DNA from: Octopus bimaculoides
Taxonomy: Eukaryota
NCBI RefSeq assembly: GCF_001194135.2
Contig: NC_068982.1
Span: 59,926,805 to 59,972,152, forward strand
DNA: 45,348 bases
Direction of reading: 5' to 3'
Position numbers and translations under genes: made by a program. Positions 36,901 to 45,348 of this stretch are shown here, in pieces (the first letter of the stretch is position 1; each line of letters starts with the position of its first letter). The notes under the pieces are model-generated. The model had not been told where the DNA came from and ran no database searches. It was given only the letters and a program-made list of their open reading frames with translations.

Positions 36901-37376
36901 CACAACAGGCAAAACATTCCACAGCCTTACAAAGTTACTTGTTGTAAGAAAATAACTCCAGGAAATTTGTTTAAGACCCAGTCTACAACAGCTTTTCTAT
37001 TTAATAATATGCATTATTATAATCATCCATAGGTTATATTCTATTTTATTGTGATTGTTTTTTCTGTGAATTGTTAGTGATTTTCTTCCTCCATCTTTCT
37101 TTTCTATTGGACTTTCCTCTGTTTCTGAAAAAGAGCTCTGCTTGAAATGTTAAACCATCTTTCTTTCCTTCCCTGAGCATCTGCTAATACTTTACATGTA
37201 CCATGTCCCCGCGTTGTTGCTTTTTTGTGTTTGTTCTTAATTTTTTTTTATTTACTATATATATATATGCTAGCATGAACAATAGACATTAAAAATGCAC
37301 ACACAAACGTACATATATATACATATGTACACGTGTGTGTGTGTGTGTGTGTAAGTAGAAATACAGGTGCAAGTAA

Positions 37377-37795
37377 TGTATTCGTATGGAAAGTTGCACA
37401 TACAAATTACAAATCTTTACAGCTGTTTCAGATAGTCAATGACTGGTTAATATAACCATTCATGTTATGCAAAGAAGTCCAATATTAAGTCGATAATATG
37501 AAAGCAAAGAGAAAATTCTATGAGACCTGAAAGCTCTATGCAGCAAAATAACAATATCCTTATCAAATGATTTGCCTTACTCTTCTGAAGAGAATAGTGT
37601 AACTTCATTGAACAGAGCTATTAAAATCCATGCTTGTTGATTTTTCCCTTTGCTGTTATTTATACCTACAATACTGGATTTCCTTGTATAATATGCATGG
37701 TTATATCAACCAGACATTGATTATCTGAAACAGCTGTAAAGATAAAACTTGGTTACATTATGTAATTTATGTATACAACTGTTCATATAAATACA
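37377..37795. mobile_element. ~420-bp palindromic element; arms carry a hammerhead-like motif with an extended stem II
   Basis: Arms ~37377-37570 and ~37582-37795. Right arm has TCTT CTGAAGA (37585-37591), ~135 nt, then GAA ACAGCTGT A AAGA (37727-37742). Confidence 0.6.
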
Positions 37796-37993
37796 TTTCT
37801 TATCGCTGCTACTGTTTGTCTGCCTTGAACGTCTATATCCATTTCATGACAATTGTTCTTAATGCTGCCTTTCTACCTCTGCATTACCAAGCTGGAGTTT
37901 ACAATTCAGATTTCTTCAATACTTGGTGACTATCAACATCACACTTACATAAATATTTTATTAGCTATCACACACACACACACATATATATAT

Positions 37994-38660
37994 NNNNNNN
38001 NNNNNNNNNNNNNNNNNNNNNNNNNNNNNNNNNNNNNNNNNNNNNNNNNNNNNNNNNNNNNNNNNNNNNNNNNNNNNNNNNNNNNNNNNNNNNNNNNNNN
38101 NNNNNNNNNNNNNNNNNNNNNNNNNNNNNNNNNNNNNNNNNNNNNNNNNNNNNNNNNNNNNNNNNNNNNNNNNNNNNNNNNNNNNNNNNNNNNNNNNNNN
38201 NNNNNNNNNNNNNNNNNNNNNNNNNNNNNNNNNNNNNNNNNNNNNNNNNNNNNNNNNNNNNNNNNNNNNNNNNNNNNNNNNNNNNNNNNNNNNNNNNNNN
38301 NNNNNNNNNNNNNNNNNNNNNNNNNNNNNNNNNNNNNNNNNNNNNNNNNNNNNNNNNNNNNNNNNNNNNNNNNNNNNNNNNNNNNNNNNNNNNNNNNNNN
38401 NNNNNNNNNNNNNNNNNNNNNNNNNNNNNNNNNNNNNNNNNNNNNNNNNNNNNNNNNNNNNNNNNNNNNNNNNNNNNNNNNNNNNNNNNNNNNNNNNNNN
38501 NNNNNNNNNNNNNNNNNNNNNNNNNNNNNNNNNNNNNNNNNNNNNNNNNNNNNNNNNNNNNNNNNNNNNNNNNNNNNNNNNNNNNNNNNNNNNNNNNNNN
38601 NNNNNNNNNNNNNNNNNNNNNNNNNNNNNNNNNNNNNNNNNNNNNNNNNNNNNNNNNNNN
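37994..38660. other. Assembly gap (others at 13598-13645, 14537-14840, 15430-15876, 19153-19243, 22966-22975, 30354-30363)
   Basis: Runs of N, most adjacent to dinucleotide microsatellites. Confidence 1.
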
Positions 38661-38980
38661 CCAGGACTTATTCTTTGTAAGCCTAGTACTTATTCTATCG
38701 GACTCTTTTGCTGAACCGCTAAGTTACGGGGACATAAGCACACCAGCATCGGTTGTCAAACAATGCTAGGGGAACAAACACAGACACACAAACACACACA
38801 TATATATACATATATACGACGGGCTTCTTTCAGTTTCCGTCTACCAAATCCACTCACAAGGCTTTGGTCGGCCCGAGGCTATAGTAGAAGACAGTTGCCC
38901 AAGATGCTACGCAGTGGGACTGAACCCGGGACCATGTGGTTGGTAAGCAAGCTACTTGCCACACAGCCACATGTCTTTGT
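38661..38980 (-). mobile_element. SINE family A, followed by a plus-strand 3' half at 38980-39190
   Basis: Homology to 5310-5695. Confidence 0.85.
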
Positions 38981-39203
38981 GTTTGTCCCCCATCACCACT
39001 TGACAGCAGGTATTGGTGTATTTACATCCCCGTGGCTTAGTATTTCAGCAAAAGAGACCAATAGAATAAGTACTAGGCTTAAAATAGATAAGTCCTGTGG
39101 TCAACTTGTTTTACTAAAACCCTTCAAGGCAGTGCTCCAGCATGGCCACAGTCAAATAACTAAAACAAATAAAAGAATAAAAGAATAACTAGAACATCCA
39201 TTA

Positions 39204-40455
39204 CAGGGTGTCCCTGAAAGATTTACCCATGTTTAAAACACTTCCTAAAGAATATCGGTTCAGGTTATATTATCTACATTTTACATAAAGATTTGCATGT
39301 CTTTTGTTCATGTGTCTATTATTTCGTTTGTCTTTAACTAGTTTATAAACAAACATGGCATCAAAAGCAAAACATGACCAGATTATCACTTTGAAAAGAG
39401 TTGGAGTGAGCAACAAGGACATAAAACAATTGAATATGTTCTGTAAAACAGTGTTCAATACCTGGAAACGATATATGGAGTCTGCCACTACTTCTTGGTA
39501 GGAAACAATCAATTCGTACCAAACTGTTGAAGCTGTGAAGAAACAAGTGAACCAAAATCCCTACTGGAGGGCAAGACAAACTGCAAAAGCTCTTGATATT
39601 TAAAAATTGTCATGGAATAGGATTTTTAAAGAGGATTTAAAGCTAACTGCATATAAGAAACAATCCCAACAGTTAATTTCAGCAGCTTCCAAGTAAAAAC
39701 GACTGGAAAGGAGTAAAACCATGTTAGCTAAGATGAAGTACACCTCTAACAAAATGTTGATCTGGTCCAACAAGATCTTCACCATGGAGGCAGTTACCAA
39801 CAGGCAGAATGACAGGCTTAATGCACATAATGCAGGAGTCATTTAAGCCATCAGAAGCCAGCTCACTCATGGTGTAGACCGCAGGTGCATCCGATGGGCC
39901 CAAGTCTCCCTTGATCTTCATCAATGCTGGCATCAAGATCAACAGTGAAGTTTATGTGGAAATGTTGGATGAGAAAGTGTTACCCGGGGTCACAGAAATC
40001 TTTGGTAACCATTACAACTTCACTTAAAACTGGACTCGGTCCCACACATCCAATTTGACACAAAAGTGGTGCAAAGACCATTTCAGTGGGGTTTGGGACA
40101 AGATGATATGGCCTCCCTCAAGTCCAGACATCAATCTCATGGACTTTGCTACCTGGTCTATCTTAGAGAGTAATAGTTCTGCTCCTCACTCCTGTTAAAA
40201 TGTATCAGATCTGAAGAAAACCCTTCTGTCTTCATGGGTCAAGTTGGATGAAGAGGTGGTACAGCACTCATGCAACTCAGTGACCACTCATTTGCAGGCT
40301 ATGATCAAGACAAAAGGTGGTCATTTTGAAATGTAATTCTTGCAATGGATTGGCAATTTACATTAGAATGTGTGTGCCGAATTTTATTATTCTACCCTAA
40401 CTTTATTTTGGATAATTAAGAAATATCAATGGATAAATCTTTCTGGTACATCCCG
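39204..40455 (+). mobile_element. Near-full-length Tc1/mariner DD37D (maT) transposon fossil
   Basis: TA TSDs and ~27-bp TIRs (CAGGGTGTCCCTGAAAGATTTACCCAT / ATGGATAAATCTTTCTGGTACATCCCG). Confidence 0.92.
39355..40336 (+). pseudogene. Disrupted DD37D transposase
   Basis: MASKAKHDQIITLK...SPLIFINAGIKINSEVYVEML...WPPSSPDINLMDFATWSILES...KGGHFEM*. 37 codons separate the decayed second Asp (now Asn) from the third. Contains stops and frameshifts. Confidence 0.88.
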
Positions 40456-42994
40456 TATATGAGTACTAGTTTCGAGCTATACAAAAACTTAAAACTGATG
40501 GTAGTTTCATTTCTTATGCTATTACTAAGCAATGTAGCTTCTACATGAAGTAAACACTATGTATTTATTTAAATATTAAACGAACATTACTGGTGGTTTT
40601 TTTAAAGGTAAACATTTAATGAAAATATACATAATGATTATAAAAAGAATTATTGCTTAAGAAAGCTGATATTAAAACATATTTTAAATGTGTACCATAA
40701 GCTGTTAGGTAACTATATATCAATTATCCATTTAAGCTTAATAAATAACTTTGACAAAGCAAATAATCTCACGATGGATCTGTTAGTAATGCAAAAGATT
40801 AAAGTTGTATATAATAAGAAGGAATTACAATAAACTAGGATGTATGTTAGTGTAAAGTAAACATACATCACTGCAATAGTTGGACCAACTTGCAGATAAA
40901 ACTTTTATCAGAAACATGAGGTATATATTTTTGCTATCATTATAATTTCGGTTTGTTTTTGGTTTAGCATTTTTTTATAATTGTAAGATGTTTTTTTTTT
41001 CTTTTGCACACTAAAAATAAAACAAGTTGGAAAAAAAGTTAAAGAAAAAGGAAGGAATAAAAGTTTTGTGAGCAGAAGAAAACATGCACAGAAATGAGAC
41101 TGCATAATTTAAACTGTCGAGATGAATATCTATCATGATATTTTATAATTAAAACAGTTCATTAAATGCAGATGTGGCAGAAGAGAATTTCATGAATAGC
41201 TGTATAAAATACAAAAGTGAGTAACAAACAGTTGGACTTGATTTTGTAATAGCATGAAGAACAAAGCCATAGTCTTGACATTTACAGTTGAATAACAGAT
41301 ATAGCAGACATACATTAGATAAAAACAGTATGTCTTTTCTAATTAGTTTGTTTTGAAATCAAATGAGTTGCATAAAATTTATGCTTAATAAAGATAAAAT
41401 TAAGTTTGTAATTTTTTTTGTTTTCTCAGAAGAAAAAAGATATTCACTTTTATATGAAAAATGTTATGTTTGCATTCTCTCATTCAGTTGCATTGATATG
41501 TACAAGAAAAAATTATTTGTTGAATTTGTGTTCTTTATCACAAGCCCAAAACATTAGTATGCAACAACAATTAGCTTCAGTATGCTCATGTACATAGGAG
41601 ATTGTCATTTTATTGATGTAAATCAGATAAAAGGGTTAAATATTTTAAATATAAACTAAGCCATTTAACATGAATCGCAAAACCACACAAAACAAACAAA
41701 TACATTCAGCAACATATCTACATAATTTCTGAAAAGTTCTGATAGATTTTTCTAAATTCTGACCACAAATTTGTCTGTAAACATAATTACCAGCATAAAT
41801 TATCTTATTCTTCTCGAGATTTATTTCAAAACAGACCACCTTAGCAGATTAATATAATGTCCGACACAGGTCAATTTATGTAGTAATGAAAAATGAGACA
41901 TACACAAGACATTATTCTTTATAATTATGTCATCATTATCATCATCTCAATCATGCTACTTACACAGATTCCCATGACTCTCAGTCGCCACCCCACTCAT
42001 TACTGCAAAGAGGGTCATGGGGATAGAGTCCACAGACTTGAATCATAGTGGATCTTTCATTAGCTGATTACACAACCATGGATGCCACCCCTATGGATGC
42101 TTTGCAGTTACTCTCTTGATAGAGCTTCTAGGATTCTTCCACTCAGCATCAATGTAAGAAGCACTATTGACTCAGGCTCTTTCACTGGCTCTTCACAATC
42201 AGCCATGCTGCAGTCCCACGACTTCACCATACCCTTGACAGGGTTGCTGAACAGATGCTATGTTTTGCCAAAGGGCAGCTCATAACTATAATTATGTATT
42301 ATAAAATTAAAACTGATTAATGTTGCTTGGAGAGATACAATTATATCTTTGTAATGAACTGAACATAACTTAGTTTTATTTATTCTATTGGTCCAGAACA
42401 GGGATGAAAGGTAAGGTTAATCATAAGACTGAACTCAGAATTGACATTCTGATAGTAATTATCTTGTATATTTTGTAAAATATAATAATTCGGAAATTAT
42501 GTAATAAAATTATAATAATTCAATAGTTAATAATAAGACCCAATTGGTTATTTAAGATAATTTCAAAGACCTAAAACCCTTACACACACACAGACAATGT
42601 ATGTTGGAGTTCTTTACAAAACAAATTATACATACATATAACCAAATGCAGATGTACATACATACATACACATGTAGAGTGCAAAACAGACAGACAAATA
42701 TTCATACAGACAGAGATAGACAAATAGAGAGGGTAAGGCAGATAGGTAAATAGCTATAGATATATAATAGAAGTTGAGACTTCTATAACATGAAGGTGAA
42801 ACCTTGAGTTATATCAATAAGGTTTCAACTTCTGTTAAATATATCATTTTACAGGCTATATTAAATACTTTTTCTTGTGTTTGTATGTACTAAAGCATCT
42901 TCCTTAGAGTATTATATGTATAAATGTATCGCTTTTCCAGTTTTTGTCTTGAAGTTGCAAGTTCCGTGTCAAAGGCATTCATATTGATGCCATA

Positions 42995-43200
42995 TCAATG
43001 CACTCATGCCGGTGGCATGTAAAAGGTACCCAGCACACACTGTAAAGTGACTGGCATTAAGAAGGGCATCTAGCTGTTGAAACCATACCAAAACAAACAA
43101 ATGGAGTCTGGACAGCCCTCCAGTTGGCCAGCTTCTGTCAAACTGTCCAACCATGCCAGTATGGAAAACGGATTTTAAATGATGATGATAATGATGTATG
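42995..43200 (+). mobile_element. RTE-type LINE 3' tail, degenerate
   Basis: AAGAAGGGCATCTAGCTG...CCATGCCAGTATGGAAAACGGA, then (GAT)n. Confidence 0.65.
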
Positions 43201-43359
43201 TATAAATTATTGAATGACAAGGAATTATGTAACCAACTTGATTAGTTTAACCCTGTCATACCATATTCCTGCCATAGCAGGAATATGTTAAGCATCACCT
43301 CTGCCAGATTCCTGCTAAAGTAGTAATAAAGAAGATGCAGCCGATTGTGTTTATTAGTC

Positions 43360-43745
43360 TATTCTTTTATTTGTTTCAGTCATTTGACGGCAGCCATGCT
43401 GGAGCACCACATTTAGTAAAACAAATCAAACCCCAGGACTTATTCTCTTTAAGCTTAGAACTTATTTTATCAGTCTCCTTTGCCAAACCACTAAGTTATG
43501 GGGGTGTAAATGCACTAGCATTGGTTGTCAAGCAACACTGGTGGGGGGGGGAGAATACAGACACACAAACACACACACACACACATACAACAGGCTTCTT
43601 TCAGTTTCCGTCTACCAAATCCACTCACAAGGCTTTGGTCAGCCTCAGGCTATAGTAGAAGACACTTACCTAAGGTGCCACACAGTGGGACTGAACCCAG
43701 AATTATGTGGTTCATAAGCAAGCTACTTACTATAAAGCCACTCCT
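43360..43745 (-). mobile_element. SINE family A, full length
   Basis: Collinear with the reverse complement of 5310-5695. Confidence 0.85.
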
Positions 43746-44014
43746 GGCCTGCAATCATTACTCTTGAGTTGTTTATACAATTATTCTTTTTTTTTTTGCT
43801 CGCGATCCCAGGTGGAGGATAACGTTAAACTCAGGGGCCCAGGTCAGGGAAGGTTAAAGCTATTTCTGCTCTAAGAAGCAGTGTACTCAGAAGTAAGTGC
43901 TTGTCCAACATCTTGAAGCTACCTTGGAGCCATTAAAAGGAAATATATGTTTATTTTAGAAAGCATTCAATTACATAGAATTAATTATCATTGACAATGT
44001 ATATATAATTATAA

Positions 44015-44580
44015 TGTTCTTCTTTCATTGTTGATGAGGATCAGGATATCACATAGGAGAAGAAGAAGGGTCACAGTACAACCGTCTGTGACTGATCAGG
44101 ATGATGCAAGCTCTGAAGTTTCTGCTGCAGTTCAGGCACTGGTGGTCTGCTGGAATTGAAGGCAAGGAGTTGGTTCTGGACTTTTCACACCTCAGGTTTT
44201 TTTGTGCTCCCGCAATCCTGTTCTGTCCATAGGAGGTGGCACCTCTGTTGGTGCAGCTATGCCACGCAGGGCAGTCCTGTGACTGCATTTGCCAGTTGTC
44301 GGAGTTCATCTGAAAGCACTTCAGCAAAGCTTTAAGTGTATCTTGAAGTGATTTTTCTGCCCACCCTGAGAGTGCTTGCCTTCTGCCAATTCACTGTAAA
44401 ACAGTCTTGTGTCAAGCATTTGAACAAGGTGGCCTGCCCACCTAACCTGCACTCTCCTCATTAGCATGTAGCTGCTTGGCAGATCGACTCGAGAGAGGAC
44501 ACCAGTGTCTGAGACCTTGTCTTGCCAGGTGATTTTCAACAGCTTTCTCTGACAGCTCATTTGGTACTCATAAACCATCC
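44015..44580 (-). mobile_element. 5'-truncated RTE-BovB-like LINE (ORF C-terminus)
   Basis: CQRKLLKITWQDKVSDTGVLSRVDLPS...VRWAGHLVQM...ELAEGKHSQGGQKNHFK, then a frameshift to QDCPAWHSC...HQCLNCSRNFRACIILISHRR (decayed terminal C2H2-like motif). Confidence 0.88.
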
Positions 44581-44654
44581 AAGACGCACAGGCGCACAGC
44601 AGTATAGGCAGTACAGCTTGGTACCCAGCCTAATGCCTCTCCTCTCCCATGCTG

Positions 44655-44915
44655 ATTCACATAGCCACCCAAATGCACGTAAAAAACACCATTTTGAGCA
44701 TGGCCATTTCCAGTACCACCTGACTGGCCCTTGTGCTGGTGGCATGTAAAAGCACCCACTACACTCTCGGAGTGGTTGGCGTTAGGAAGGGCATCCAGCT
44801 GTAGAAACTCTGCCAAATCAGATTGGAATCTGGTGCAGCCTTCTGGTTCGCCATTCCTCAATCAAATCGTCCAACCCATGCTAGCATGGAAGGTGGACAT
44901 TAAATGATGATGATA
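44655..44915 (+). mobile_element. RTE-type LINE 3' tail
   Basis: Collinear with 28668-28862 and 30113-30475. Confidence 0.8.
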
Positions 44916-45348
44916 TAAGGTATATAAATCGTTATCATTGATTTAATGTCCACTTTTCCATGCTCACATGTGAAAGACTGAATTATTGCTGAGGAGCATT
45001 TTCACCTGCTGGATGCCATTCCTATCACTGAGCCTTATTTGTTTTTAGGCAAGGTCATATTTCTCCTTGACAAAACCTAAAAGATTAGAGACACTGGACG
45101 CTGCTTGCTGGACAGTGGCACTCATTTACAAATATAAGACAAGAGTCGTTGTGCAGTGTAAGAAGAACACTCAGTACATACTTTGAAATGGTTGGTGAAA
45201 GGAAAGGCATCCAGCCATAAAAACTAAGCCTATTGACATGTGAACACCAGTTTATGGAAGGGGCAGCTCTCAGTAAGAAATAAGAAATGACTAAGAGCAT
45301 GGTGTGCATGGTCGAGCATGAATATATATATATATATATATATATATA

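Noticed and set aside
41950-42290. Possible LINE 5' UTR fragment
   Set aside because: GC-richer island, but no motif I can assign with confidence.

Overview
AT-rich eukaryotic genomic DNA with 7 N-gaps, most beside microsatellites. The repeat types (tRNA-headed SINEs with internal (CA/TA)n tracts, RTE 3' tails ending in (GAT)n) look like Octopus/cephalopod DNA; this is inferred from recognition, not a search. I find no intact gene, prokaryotic system or CRISPR array, and most ORF-track entries are microsatellite, N-gap or antisense-repeat artefacts. Supported content: the 3' LTR and PPT of an LTR retrotransposon; L1/Tx1, CR1/Jockey-group, RTE-BovB and other RTE LINE fragments; two different DD37D (maT) Tc1/mariner fossils; TTAA-flanked MITEs; and many SINEs. 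The most interesting signal is three sequence-unrelated small elements (~20.4-20.9, 32.7-32.9 and 37.4-37.8 kb). Each carries a Penelope-type minimal hammerhead-ribozyme motif plus an inverted partial copy of itself, and one also has a tRNA/Pol III head. They may be non-autonomous, ribozyme-bearing retroelements mobilised by Penelope-like elements. More tentative: a decayed intronless FANCA-like pseudogene (~35-36.9 kb), several near-perfect hairpins, and three candidate minus-strand host exons.
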